Assembly (NCBI RefSeq): GCF_009914755.1
Contig: NC_060936.1
Direction: 5' to 3' (one strand)
Length of the DNA stretch: 64,000 bases
From: the human T2T-CHM13v2.0 reference genome, Homo sapiens
Shown: piece after piece, positions 28,661 through 43,505 of the stretch
Layout of the letters: every line of letters begins with the position of its first letter
Position numbering within the stretch: position 1 is the first letter of the stretch
Translations under genes and position numbers: made by a program
Notes under the pieces: model-generated
The model's input: only the letters and a program-made list of their open reading frames with translations
Told to the model about the DNA's origin: nothing
Database searches by the model: none

Positions 28661-31600
28661 TATTGACTTATAACTACCATTTTTATGAAGATGTCACAGC
28701 CTATGTTGGTATTGTGTTTTTGTATTTGATTTTTTATCTGGCTGCAAGTTATAGAGACTACTTCTGGGAACACCAAGTTATGGGTTATAGAAAGACAGCT
28801 ATCTTGAGAGGAGAAAAGTATGAAACTCATACCATTGTTGAGTACTGTCTGAACTGGCAGTGGATCCAAGATAGCAGTGGGAACTGTAGTAGCTGGCATT
28901 CAAGTATATGCACTAGAGGACTCCAACATTCACATTGTCCAGTTGCTCTCCAATCAGATATTTTCTTCTCCTTTTACTACTTGCTTAGTCTCTATATATA
29001 TTGTGTATATCTTTTTATTACTTCATGCTTTTTGCTAACAAATAGACTACATTTTTTTTACAGTTTCAGCTGACTACAACTCTGTCTTCATAACTCCACC
29101 TTTCTCATTATGACCCATCCTCTGCTTCATACCTCTTAAGTCTTATGTTCAGCTTCCAAATTCTACTAACTGCCTGGTTTTTGGTTTGTTTCAGTACTTT
29201 GTTCTGAAGAGGTTCTCATATTGGTCTTATTCAAGTTTTATGATCAAAACCATGCCATCATTCTCTAAGCCAGATATCAGTTTGACCCACTTGAAATCAA
29301 CATTTGTATATGTCTTAATGGACAAACAGCAATTTCATGTGGTACAATCAGATACATGTTGCCTCTGGTGAGGAACCATTGCTAGAGCCAAGAGTGAGGT
29401 AGTGCTATTTAATAAATAAACAACGATAAAAGTAAGAGGTCTATTTCACCCATTTAGGACCAGTTGTGGCTGGGACGGGCATTGGATTGGCTTTTTGGCA
29501 AAATATTTAATCATTTTTATTGCCTGAAATTTTCGACCCAGAAATTTTAGACCTAAAATAGACCCTTTATTTAGTATAACCCTTTCACTTTAGAAATAAG
29601 GAAACCAGACCTCAAACAGATAAGTCCCATGTGACACATAAGAAATTAAAAGTTGGAAAACTAAATTAGTGAAAGAATGTTACAAAGATACTGGTTTATT
29701 TATGTCCAAAAAATCTGAGTGTACAAAAAACACTAAGAGACAGACTATTCTATCAGAAATATCACAATCTAATCGGGAAGGAAAGATTAGTATAATAAAT
29801 ATAATAACTGTATGCACAGGGTGAGGAAGCCTAATGATGGAGTTTAGGGGAGACTCAGGGCAATTTTCAAGAAGAGCAGATGTCTGGACTGAGACTCGAA
29901 GAGCTGAGTCAGTGTTGGGAGGCGGCTATGACTGTGAAGCAGGTTCCAGAGTAAGAATGGGGAAGATGTGTGAGCGTGTGGTACGTGGTGTGGGAAACAA
30001 TAGGGAGGTTGGGCCATAGGTTTTCGCTGAGAAGTGTCCATGTCTGTCTCTCCTCTCCCTCCCTATCCTCTGCATTGTCTTCTCCCTCATCTCTATTATG
30101 TTCACCTCCAGCAAATCTTAAAATAAATTTGCATTCTATCTTCTGATCCAAATAGCACTGTGAAAAGGTTATTTAAGAACATTTAGAGTGGCAGAAGGAA
30201 ACCATTTGGAATTTGAAATTTATCATAATTAAACCATGAGTTGTAAGGAGCCTGTTTCATTTGGGGTACCCAATAAAACTTCTTCCTTACCCCGTCTTCT
30301 TATGGAGGCTGTCATTTCCTTGGTGAAGGTCACTTTAAATGGTATTCAGGTCTTTTCAGGTGTTTGCAATCCAATGGGTGTTGTCATTTTTGCACTTAAT
30401 AAGCACACTTCCAATTCCTTCATCCAGTCATGATGCCCTATAGTACACCACCCAATATATCCTCCTCCCCCAGGATGACAGCACGCAATTGATTACCGCT
30501 CTTTAGGTACTCCCCTTTAGCTAGTTATGGGCCACCTACTTCAGTATGGTTCTGATCGTGTATACTTAATGCAGCTGCTTTATTTTTTCCTGTATGAGTG
30601 ACTGAGGTTCTAAGAAATGATTCGTGTGAGGAAAATCAGTAGACTATCTTGTCAGAATAGCCAGACCACAAATAAAAATCCAGAAAGACCTATGCCCATT
30701 CCAAAAATGCAATTATAGAAGTACAATGTTTTGAACTTTCTACATAACAAAACCAAAAATGACCGTTTATTGAAAAAGCAAGAATTTCACATAGGCATTT
30801 ACATTTTCCACTTCCTCCTCATGTTATGGCTTAAAAAGTAACTCTTTGCCAAAAATAAGACCTTATTTAGAGGCAGACAAGCAGGAAAAGCTGAATACTA
30901 AGCATTGTTTAAGGCAGTAAAGAGTTTAATTCAATACATTTTACCCTAAATTTAACTACAGAGTTCAGCATTTAAATGTACTGAGAGATTCAGAATCAAA
31001 TCTTAGGCAAAGTTTTCAAAAATCTACCAAAGCTTTTGTGTGTGTGTGGTTTTCTCTCACTTCATTGCAATATAACATATTTTTTGTCTTTTCCCTTTGA
31101 CGATGAGAATTAACTTGCAAAGAAATTTAAATTAACATCAAAGTGAGAAGAGACAAGAAGAATTTATGAGCTGAGATTAGCATTCCAAAGAAAGAAAAGT
31201 GAAAATACAGCAATAAGATAACACTCTTGGTAGGCTGTAAATGCTCCTCTGCTTTTAAAATTCCCTAACAAGGTGAGTGAAAACCATTCCGAGAACACTA
31301 TTGTCAAGAGACACCTTTGAACTGATCTATCCTGAAGAATAACCCCCAGAAAGGTAGAAAAAAAAATAACTTTCATATGTTTGTGGCCACACGGTGCAGC
31401 TCCGACTTCTGAACATTTTTCCCCAATTATTTTTGTAAAGTATTGATCGCAATTTAATTTTGCAGTCCCAACATGAGAGGCGCTTCATGCTGAAATGTCT
31501 CACAGGAGATTGTAATCAGGGTCTAGCCTGAAGGTGAAGCGCTCGTACATAGGTTTTACTCTATTCCTCCACTCTTCATCAGCTCGGGGATTGGAGCAGA

Positions 31601-32939
31601 GGGCATTCTCAGGCAGATTAATTTTTGACGATGGGATCGATGGAAGATGTTTTTTCCTCCTGACATTGAGTCATCTAATTTGCTGTTTATCTTTGGCTTA
31701 TTGAGTTTTGAGCATTGTTAAATCATACCTTTCAGCTGTTTAATTTCATATGTGAATTTTGCATTCCCCTCTTGTACTTTGGCATAACTCTTTTACCTAA
31801 AATGAGCAGGATGATGGGCCTTTTTTGACACAGGGTTACTGCTTTTGAGTCTGTTAAGTACTCCAAGGTAATGTTATGGTACTTCTAGCCTTTTTTTCTT
31901 TGCTTGTGGCCATAGATCAGTTCACCTCTAGGGAAATCATTACTTGCCATCATTATTATCCCCAGCAGCTTCATCTATTCTTCCTTGTTTCCTGACTCCA
32001 TGGCTTGATGAAGTGCCTAGATGTGCGAACACCTTATCTCAGGTCTCATAATTAACCCCTTCATAACACAGGGTGAGAAGATTATTTTTCCTGGGATATA
32101 CTCCATCTAGTTCAATATTTGGGACTCTTTGTAGTAATCACAGCAGCTTTAACAGTTTCAACTCTGTTTCTGCAGTAAGATGTGAGTTTTGTAAGTGTGC
32201 TGATGGCTAGAAGAAAAATGCTTTCTACCTAGAGAAACTTGGCCTTAGGTAACCTTTCTTTCTGTTTCCCTTAAAGGTAATCAAGCTGTATCTCAAGACA
32301 GTGCCTCATCTATACACCTGAAAATTCCCCACAGTGGCAATATTGTATTAAATGTTAGTCATTCTATACATTTTTATGAGTGTAGTCATAATTATCTAGA
32401 AATTAATAAAATATGAAGTGGGCTTTTTTTTTTAGTTTGAAAGACATATGACATATTTGCAAATAGACCTGAAAACAAAATAAAAGTAAAGATATTGACA
32501 GAATGTACTTCTAGATTTGAATTTAACATTAAAACAATCTGTCAGTTCTATCAATTCAGTAAATTAGAACCATCCTATTTTATACACCAAACCACTTACG
32601 GGTTTGATTGAATAGAGAAATGTTATTCCTGCTATCACGAAAAGAGCCCTGGACCAAGTCTTAGTAAATCTGATCCTTGCTCTGCTAACTAGTTGGATTT
32701 TTTTGAGAAAGTCGTAACATATCTTTGACTCTCAAGTTTTCTCATCAGTAAAATTGGGGAGTTTAAAAGACAGATTGTTTTCTAGGTATAAAATATATTA
32801 TTTTACTCTGTAATGTTATGTACATATTCATCTGTCACCCAAGGCCTCACTCTCCTCCTACCTCTTCCAGGAAGCTTTCATGCCTGTTGCTGCCCACAGT
32901 GCAATCACTGATGTACATACTCTCACAGCCATTCACTTG

Positions 32940-33385
32940 CTGTTTTACCTTCATTCTGGTGATGCTTTCTGGTACTTAAAAAAAATGCTTCACTGTATGT
33001 TACAAGACGGGCTTATGATTCTGTCTTACATGCTATTCCAATATCTCTAAAAAATGACTATCCATTCTTTGAGGCTGCATTTTATTTTTGGAAAAAGCCC
33101 AAAATTATCTGTAGGCGTTGTTGTAAAGAAGATGAGTAATCAAGACTGGAAACTTAGTTTTCAAGTGAATCTCTATATTGTTCAAGTTTCTTAACTGAAA
33201 CTGACTATGAACACAACTCCAAGAGAAGAGATCTCAGAATGCATTGCATTGTCAGCATTGTTAGAATAAGCATATTGTCCGGTGAAGTAACTACTTTGGA
33301 AAAACAGTTTTTAGTTTGATGCAATTTAATTTAATAGTTTTATTTATCGGTTTCATGCCCTTACAGCCACACATTATATGTCTTG
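32940..33385 (+). mobile_element. MARNA-like mariner fossil
   Basis: TTTTTGGAAAAAGCCCAAAA...CAGCATTGTTAGAATAAG...AACTACTTTG resembles the MARNA consensus as I recall it. Confidence 0.5.
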
Positions 33386-34447
33386 TCCTACTAAGTTACA
33401 ATTTCTTCCCAGGAAAGAAAATGGTGTTAATCTGTATACATTTGCTTTGTAAACATTTCAATTCTTTCCTCAGTTCAGACTTTAAGTTGCTATTAAAGAA
33501 TCAATCAACTAAATTTGTCAGAAAGTGTTTGTGTTTTATTAGCTGGTATCAGAGATGAGAATGAGTCAGCATTTTAAAAAATGAGGAAGTAAACTTTCTG
33601 TGCCACAGAATATATGAATTATACATGTAAATAAAAAATTACCAATTAATATTCATATCTATAAACATTAGTGTAGGTTATTGTCTTTATGAATCACATT
33701 AAAATACTTTGGTTCAGAACTTTTTTGTTAACTAATCAACAGGAAAAAAAAAATACTTCCAAACCTGTTTGTGAAAAGAAAGAGCCAGAAATACTCTATT
33801 TCTCCAATGTGTACCTTTCTTGAGATCTGAATAAACTGTGGAGGTTCAAGGAAAATATTGAGCTTAACGATGCTGGAGGCCAAGCAACCATATCCACCAA
33901 TTATGTCTATAAAGAGAAGTTCCCTGGTAGTGCTGACCACATCAGTTCATCAAGTCCAAGTCCAGTCAGACAACACATACACAAGCAAGATTAGAGGGAA
34001 CATCAAACCTGTTAGACTTGTTTGGCTGTTGTTGCATATTCATAAAATAGTAATGGTCACTTTGTTTGTTCAACCTAAACTTCAAAGGTACTTTAACTCC
34101 AATGTTTTGGTCTTCATTTTCACTATATTTTGTACTTATTGTACAAACCCATCTATTATATACAGAGCTTACATATTTATGCTGTGTAAGGTAACTATGA
34201 CTATGTGGCATATTCATACCATAATTATATATTAGTCTTGAAATAAATAGCTAGGATACCTAATGAAATAATTATTGTAGAAGTCATTAATTTATTGAGC
34301 TTCTGTTAACATCCTTACAATAAACTCTGTGTTGAATATCATCTAATCCCCATTGTAATCCTATAGATGGCCACTGTTATTGCCTTTATCTTATGGATGA
34401 GAAAATTTATTAAGAAGGGACCTTAAGAATCATGGAACCCATTTTTT

Positions 34448-34552
34448 TTTTATCAATATGTCTCATGCTAGGTTTTATTCCTGATGTGAAATAGAATAAA
34501 TTGGCCTTCTTTCCTTTTCACCTGATATAATTTGTTACTTACCTTGAGATAA
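34448..34552 (-). other. Putative L1 3'-transduced segment with its own poly(A) signal and tail
   Basis: Non-L1 sequence enclosed between the L1 tail (T-run 34553-34561) and a second T-run (34442-34451) plus the left TSD. Minus-strand AATAAA at 34474-34479, 22 nt before the tail. Confidence 0.8.
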
Positions 34553-35697
<1,145 letters not shown>

Positions 35698-38600
35698 TTA
35701 AGTCCCAGGGAGCTAAGTGGCCCACATAAAGCTACATGGTCAAAACTCAGGTTAAAACAAAGCTCTCCTGACCCCATTGGAATGTTCTTCCTACTCTACC
35801 TTCCAGACTCCTAGTGCGGTATGTTGCTGGGGAGATATAAACTTTCATTTGTGATTATCTTATTATCTCACTGAAAGAAATCAAACTGCATGAGAAATTT
35901 CCTGCAGAATATTGTTAAGATTTTTTTCCTTTGGAAAAAAATAAAATTCCTATAAACGTGTTAAGGTTTTGATACTAAGCATATTTTTGTTTAGAAGGTA
36001 CAAACATGATTTTATTTTTATTACCAAGGTCTTGCCATAAAGGAATTTTGAGTCACAAGTATGAATTCATTCTATCACCATAAATTAGGTAAGGTATTTA
36101 TAATAAAACCAGGTCTTGGGATTTACGTCTGAAAGAGATAAATCCTAAAATTGGTTTTAAAGAGGCTGTGAAAAGTGAGCCAGGAAGGGAGAAGCCCTGT
36201 TTTGAATGCCAAAATCTGGAAAAAGTGAGTCATGATGGCTGTAATCCTGGGTCAGAGTCAGGGCTGCAGTAGTTGGTGTATCATTATAAAATCATGTTTT
36301 ACTGTTGCTCCAAAACTCCCCTCCTCCTGTGAACAAGAACTTAGGAACCAAAAGAGCTGAATCATGATCTACAATAAGCTATTTCTGCTGTATCTATCAT
36401 CATCTACATCCATCCTGAGCAGAAGAATTCCTAGGCTGTGGCACCACTTAGCTCTAGGTTACAGATGAGGGGAGCAAACGGTGGCCCTTCATGTTTTAGT
36501 TAATTGCCCATCAATACAAATACCCAGTTTGACCCATCTTAAATGTCTAGTGTTATTTGTTTCAGCCATTCTGCAACATGAATTTCTTCCACTATCATAT
36601 ATCTGGTTTCTTTGCATGTATTAAATAATAATAATATTTTCAAAAGTATACCAAAAAAGAAAAAGAATAAATTCTAAAGCTCTGGACAATCCACAATTTC
36701 ACAATGAGCTCTTTAATAATTTAGAGGTGATTTAGGATTCTGTAATTAATTTCAAATCATATAAACTTAATAGCCATTATGTCTTACACTAACATCATAT
36801 TTTCAAAAAATCTTTGCAACTCTGATAGGATATAGGTATGTTGCATTAAAATTTTGAATAAGGCTAATAAATCACACATGGAATTAGTAGGTTATGGAAT
36901 TATGGAGCAGGCAGGAGATTATAAAACAAGTTGTTAAATTGGGGTAATTTGGCCATACATAACTGTTTCCCATCACTCCATTTCCTAGCCTAAAATGGTA
37001 TAAAAGGTATGTCTTATAAAAGGAGTCTGAGGTTCTGGAATCTTCTGGCTTGGTCAGTGCTTTTGCTCTATTAGGTTGCTAAGACTACCAAACTTCAAGT
37101 GTACATCATGGGGAATAATAATAATAAGTCATCAGGAAGCCATATCCCATTCTATCTTCAGATATTTTTCATCTTACTTATACACCTTGCATGGAGTCTT
37201 TGCTGTGGTTGCTAATCCTGGAAACTGAAGTAGCCTTTATTGTCTGGCCCAGAGCAATCAGCGCATACGCCCCCTTATTTAATTTTTCTAAGCACTGTAC
37301 AAGGTAGTCAGAGAAGGTGCTATTATCATCAACCTATAGAAAAAAGAATATAAGGCTCAAGGAGGTATTTATCCAAGTTTGCAGAGCCAGGCAATATGTG
37401 AAAATATGTTTAAATCCAGATCTGTTTATTCTAATTCCTCTATTCTGCTACTGAGTCTGTGAAAAAGGGTTGACAGAGGCGATTACTTTTGAATGAGCAG
37501 GTGCTGTAGACCTAGCCAGATGATGAATTAACAAAATAATTAATTCCAAATCGTTTTGGCTTGTTTTCGCCAGGCAAAACAATGTCCGCCTTTTTCATTT
37601 TGTGGGGATAACCCATACATTTTCACTGACTGCATTGCCTGGTTCAGTGCCTGCTTTCCATAGTGAAACACACAGATATCATCGTAGGCTAAACATAACT
37701 CAAGATATGGTACTCTGGGGAGGATTCAGCGAGGGGAACGTATATAAAGAGTTGTCTTATAGAGTGCAAGGACAATAAAAATGAATATAAAAGTAAACAT
37801 TGGTTCAAATAAGTTAAAAACAAGACCCGTGCTCTTAAGAATATTATTATGCAAGCAAGAGAAATATCCAATATTTATGAAGCATTATTTTATTTTTCTT
37901 AATGCCATATATCTAGGCAGTCAGATGTATGTCTGTTGTCCCAGGAGTATTATCAATTTATGGTGGCGTAATAGTCACTCATGATGAATTTTACTTTATA
38001 ATCATATTGTCTTTGATAAGTGGCAAAGCCTAATGCAAAGTGCACTAGGTAAAAGGATGGTGGAGAGTATACAGTTTAGTGCTAGCACTACATTCTAGAC
38101 GACAATAATAGTGAGGCCTATTATGTGAATCTACTCATCACTTAGCCTGGGAAGACTTCTATGCTTGAACAAATGCAGTAGTTTACCATAACATATATAA
38201 GTATGAAGCACCCAAGAAGAGCCCATGTGGATTGGGGATGCAGTGAGCCTGGCTAGAAGGGTGAATGCCATTTTACTTTAACATTTATCTGACAACGGGC
38301 CAATTTGAGAACTAATCAACTACTTGGCTAGGTCCTTGTGGATAATTAGACTTACTTTGTTAGAAGATGAAAGTCAGTGAGAGCTCTTAGCCTTGATGAT
38401 TCAGGGAGAGGAGAAGGGGCTTAAGTTGATTTGAATCCTAAACCATTCATTAATCCACTTAACCTCATTCATTTTAGATATGACTACTAATTTCAGGGCA
38501 CTCTTGGCTTTTCTGTAGCTCTTTTCTCCTTTAGTGCTTCTTATATAAACAATTCCTTTCTTAGTTTTTCATTTTGTTTCTCTCTCGCTCACTCTTTCAT

Positions 38601-40560
38601 TCTTGGGAAATGACTTTCTTCTTTCCCAGGATACCCAGACCATTGTAACTATGATGATTTGTTTCATTTCCGAGATTACCCAGTATGCTTTACAATTCCC
38701 TGGTATATTCATTATCCACCCAATGATAGTCTGCGAATTTAAGTGCCAAAAATAATTATTGACTTATTTTGTGCCTTCTCTTTAATCACACGTCAAGATT
38801 TAGTGAAAATGTTACATTTCAACAAGGCTGTCCATGATTCTTGTAGCAGAATTAAATACCACCCCTTCATCTGGGAGTACCTGGCACACAAGTCTATCAA
38901 CAATTTCATTGTCGTTTTAAATTTTTAATATACCTGTCTTTACAAATGAAATGGGAACTTCTTCAGGCAGGGGTCACATCTTCCTTACTGATATAACCCC
39001 ATCGCCTCCTGGTGTCTTCCACTTAAGAGATGGCCAATGAATATTAGTTTGAAGAATTGCTTAAACTTCTTTTGTGAAATGATGAAAAAGTGAGAGTTGG
39101 GCCCAGTTATTCTTCTCTAGGCAAAGTGTTTGGGCTTGTGTTATTTGTTAGAACATAAATGAGTTGGCATTTATGCTTATGGAATAAGTTAGAAATCTAT
39201 AATTGTAAATTCATGCTGATTTTAATGAAATCAAAACTCAAAGTGTGAAACCATCCAAATAAATATAATTTTCTCCAAACTGCTTTGATATGAAAAAGAC
39301 TCTTTGGCATAGCTCCAATTAACTATCTTAGTCACCCACACAGAATCAAGAAGACTCCTTCCATCTGATTATAAGTTTCTGCAAATAGCAAAAACACTCA
39401 AAGCATTCCTGGTTGTTCTCTCTGTATGGAAATTTTCACAACTCAGAGCAAATAGAATGGACTGATTCTGTCATTTGTATAGACAGATCTGATCTATGTT
39501 TCACTTTTCAAGCTTTAAAAATCTTACTGAATATGATTTTAGTGGCAAAAAGAAATCATATAAAACGTTAATAAAAATGATGTTTTTATACTTCATCTAA
39601 TATTTTATGGCCAAGGCACATATTCAAAGTTTAATTATAATTGATTAAGTTTTTATCATAATACTATTGGTGTGTTCTAGTCTGCAGTTCTTAAGTGTAG
39701 TATTTAAGGGTCTTTGTTTTTTTAAAATGTCAAGCTTTTGTTTTATATTCTTCCAACCTTTGCACACTACTGGTATCTCTGCTTCTGTTAATTGTTCCAA
39801 ACACCTGCTACAAACTCAGCCCCTGAACAAACAAAAACTACAGGGAACTTGACAGCGAAACAAATAAATACAGATATAGGAGTTTTATAAAACCTGCCTT
39901 CTGACTAAATCTGTAAACACTCAGGCTGAAAAACGAGATTGTCTGCAGATGTATCTGCTGGCAAATGGGAAAGAAGTGACCCACTGAGGCCAGTTTATGG
40001 AGGGGGTGAAGGCATGGTAAACATGTCTGCCTACCCCTTGATAAGTTGTTCCAGATGGTTGCATAGATACAAGACAGACTCAATGAGCTGGCTCATTTCT
40101 ACCATGAAGTAAAAGAAAGTAACTCTCCATCATGGGCCAGGGCAGGATATTTCACTGTCCATGTGTAATGTAACAGGCAAGTAGTTTTGAAGGTACCCAC
40201 CCCTCATTATTTGAATGAAGGAACTTTTCCAGCACTGGGCATATATCACATGCCTCCCAGCAAGATTAGAGCTTCACTAAAAGTAAGAGCATGGTCTTTG
40301 CCCATGAGGTAATAAATTTCGTGTGCTAGCAACAGTGAAGACTTGGGAAGTGAATAAAGAAATGTCTTGAAGCATCTTTTAGGCATGTCAGGAAACGGCA
40401 CATTCAATATAACTCATATGAAAAAGTAATGTCTGATGGTGCTTGGGAAAGAGAGGGAGAGAATAGTGGTGCTTTTAGTAGTAATTCAGGAAGTAAGTTG
40501 CAGCACATGTGTTCATCACTGAATAGAAGCAAAGGAATTGTCTTCACCTTACCCCTGACC

Positions 40561-40584
40561 AAAAAAAAAAAAAAAAAAAAAAAA
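40561..40584. repeat. Poly(A) tract (24 nt)
   Basis: Directly visible; no adjacent retroelement body recognised. Confidence 0.9.
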
Positions 40585-40907
40585 GTAATGATCATGGTGA
40601 GTGGAGTAGGAGGGTCTATGATCCCTTCTAACCAAAAAACCTAATTTTCAAAACAAATTTAACACTGAAAAAAAGAGACACAGGCTAGGCAATCCTTTTT
40701 TATTGAGATTATTTTTATTTGACAAACTAGGAAAAGTTAACATCAGTGTTTTGCTTTCTTTCATCTTTTTGTTCTTTTGTTGTTGCTATACAGTGAAAAC
40801 TAAAACAAGGGCCCTTTCCTGTATAGAGGTAGAAGAAAAAATAAGGTTGAGAAAAAAATAGAGGTGCAAAGAAGAAGTGAAATTTCAGAAGGAAAATTAA
40901 AAAGAAC

Positions 40908-41026
40908 CAGTACTCAGGAGGCTGAGGCAGAAGGATCCCTTGAGCCTAGGAGTTTGAGGCTGCAGTGAGCTATTGTGCCACTGCACTCCAGCCTGCATGA
41001 CAGAGTGAGACCCATCTCTGAAAAAG
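40908..41026 (+). mobile_element. AluJ right-arm fragment
   Basis: GGAGGCTGAGGCAGAAGGATCCCTTGAGCCTAGGAGTTTGAGGCTGCAGTGAGC...CACTCCAGCCTG. Confidence 0.85.
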
Positions 41027-43029
41027 AACTACTAAATGAAACAAAAGGATTCCTTGAGTTTTTAGGGACTTAAATGTCCAGCAAGACCTTGCACTCAGAG
41101 AGACAGGTTGGTAAAATGTGCTGAAGCTGAGTGTGACTTGGAAGAATGCCAGCGGGAATGCACAGAGGCGCTTCTTTGTGCGGTATTGTTTCTGTGGGTA
41201 AATGCCAAGACTGGCCCTGGGCTAATTGAAATGAGCAGCTGCATGGGTCACATCAGTATAAAGAGCAAGTATTAACAGGTGCAGGGGGGACCACAGGCTT
41301 TCCCTTTGTCAATATTGAAGTAAACAGGTAATGCTGTTCATTTGTCTTCTTAAAATGTAAAACTTCAGGCTGAAATTGAAAGCAGCCCTTGGCATCTCCT
41401 ATGTGTCTGTCAATGAGTCTAGGGTGCCTCAAGCTTCCCAAATTCAAAACCAGGCAGTTACTCATGTCCAGGAGGAAACAGAAGTTCAAGGGCTATATCT
41501 TCAGGTGTTGATGCTCAGGACAGACTGCAAAATCACAGGAACTTCTAGCAGGTGTCGAGTGTCTTTCTCCCAGATGTTACAGATTGCATCTTAAAGTTGT
41601 TTTTCTTCAAGAAGCCTCTTGCGGGGGGAGAAAACCTCTCTCCCATTTCTGATTCCATTCAGGGCCACTATAATCTTATTCTTGTTTGCTTGCTTGGGGC
41701 ATAAAAAACGCCAAGGCCAGTCCTGCTAAGTTGTTTCATTCCCTCTGAGTCTCTGTCAAAGAAATTGAACTAAAATGGTTGCTGGGAGTTAAAAAAATTA
41801 ACATTCTCACCACAAAAACTTCAGATTGGACTAAGGAAAGAATCTGTGAGTGGGGCTTAATGATCCAGCAAAGCTATAGGGTTTAATTTTAGACCAGAAA
41901 TATTTTTCATTTATGTTTATTAATGTGAGATTTTGCAACAGAGGAGGAAAGGGAACTGGAAGCTATAAAACAGAATCATAAACAGTTGATTTTATCATTA
42001 GGGACAATAGCCATTTTAACTACACTGAGTTGGAGTGTTCAGGGGTACACAAAGCGTTCGTCTCTATCCCAGGTTTTTATTCCAAACCTGGAATTCTGCA
42101 ATTTCCAGATGGCAGATTGGGTAAACATATTTTCCTTCTCTCCATTGCATACTACCTTAGCATTTTGACAAATCTGCTGTTTCATGTAATGCATTTTTTT
42201 TAAATTTTACATTCCTCATACAAAACAATACTGAAAGAACTAAAACATGGCTCTTTTGTCTTAATATTCAGAGTTGCTTTTGTACCAAACTTATGTAATA
42301 ACATGTGGCTCACCTAGGACCTGCTCCAAATCCCAGGAGAGATTATTAACAAAGCTAATAAGAAATATCTTTTTGTTGAATCTCAGGTGAAGCTAAGGAA
42401 AACATGTGAGCATAGCTTGGGACCTTTCGCCTTCACAGAACCTCCCTCTTCCTCCTGCCACTTTAAACCAAAGCTGTTGAGTTGAGCTGACTATACTTTC
42501 TTAACTAGTATTTAAAGAGTCAGTCTGATTTTCTGGTTTTGCTTCATTTTGTTTTGTTTTAATGAAGAAAGAATTGGCATGTAAAAGACAGAGGACTCTC
42601 ATTTTTGTTCATTTCACTAGAATTATGGATAATCTGGTATTCCACTTTAATATTCATGTGTCGGGGAAAATGTTAAAGGTGAGGCTGTACACACCTCATA
42701 GTAGCCTCTGGATGTGTTAAAAAGAGGCTGTACACCTTGATTTGTGGAATCAGCATCGCCTGTAGCCATATCATTTAGGCCAAGCAGCTGGGAGGCTCAG
42801 CCAACCATTTGTCTCTCTGGGTTCTCCTGGAAACAGGAACATCTGCTTTTCTATGAGTTATACTGTAAATTGAGCCTTGCTTTTTTCTCGGTTAATTTTT
42901 TCCTACATTTTCTTCTTCAAGCTCATCAGGCTCTTTGGAACCTTTCTGAATAGTTCAGTCATAAATTACTTATCTGGAGATTCCAGGATTGTGTTAATAT
43001 TCTAGGATGGTAAACTGCATTGTCCAACT

Positions 43030-43505
43030 GATTGATTGATTAATGAAGCATTTGTGCCATTATGTGCCAGATATTGTTATAGATCCTAGAGGACTTTTAA
43101 GGCACTTACAGTCTAGTGGGGGATGCAAAAAAAAAAAAAGTTTGTGATCAATTACTCACAGTAACGTGAATGTGGTGGTAAACAAACACTGACAAGGGTG
43201 TATCTAACTCGGGCTTGCAGGTTAGAGAAGCTTTCCCACAGCAATTTCTTTAGAGAAGGTACCTGGCAGGTGAGTTAATGTTTGCCGGGAAGAGAAAATA
43301 AACAGGATATTCCAGGCAGAGGGAACAGCATAGGTAGGAACAGGAGGCATCATAGAACATGGCTATTCAGGAATAAGGGAAAATGCAGTGTGGCTGGCGC
43401 ATGGTTTATTACGGTGAGGTGGAAGATGAGTCTGGAAAGGTAGATGAAGCCATGCATGTTATTTTGGGATGTGGAAAAACTATAGAATCTTTTAACTGAA
43501 GGCAG
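43030..43505 (-). mobile_element. L2 fragment
   Basis: TATGTGCCAG...CTTACAGTCTAGTGGGG...TTCCAGGCAGAGGGAACAGCA. Confidence 0.6.

Noticed and set aside
28663-29073. 136-aa ORF and other isolated ORFs (33858-34235, 44222-44578, 44856-45230, 8964-9305)
   Set aside because: No recognisable domain, composition typical of AT-rich non-coding DNA, and several use non-ATG starts.
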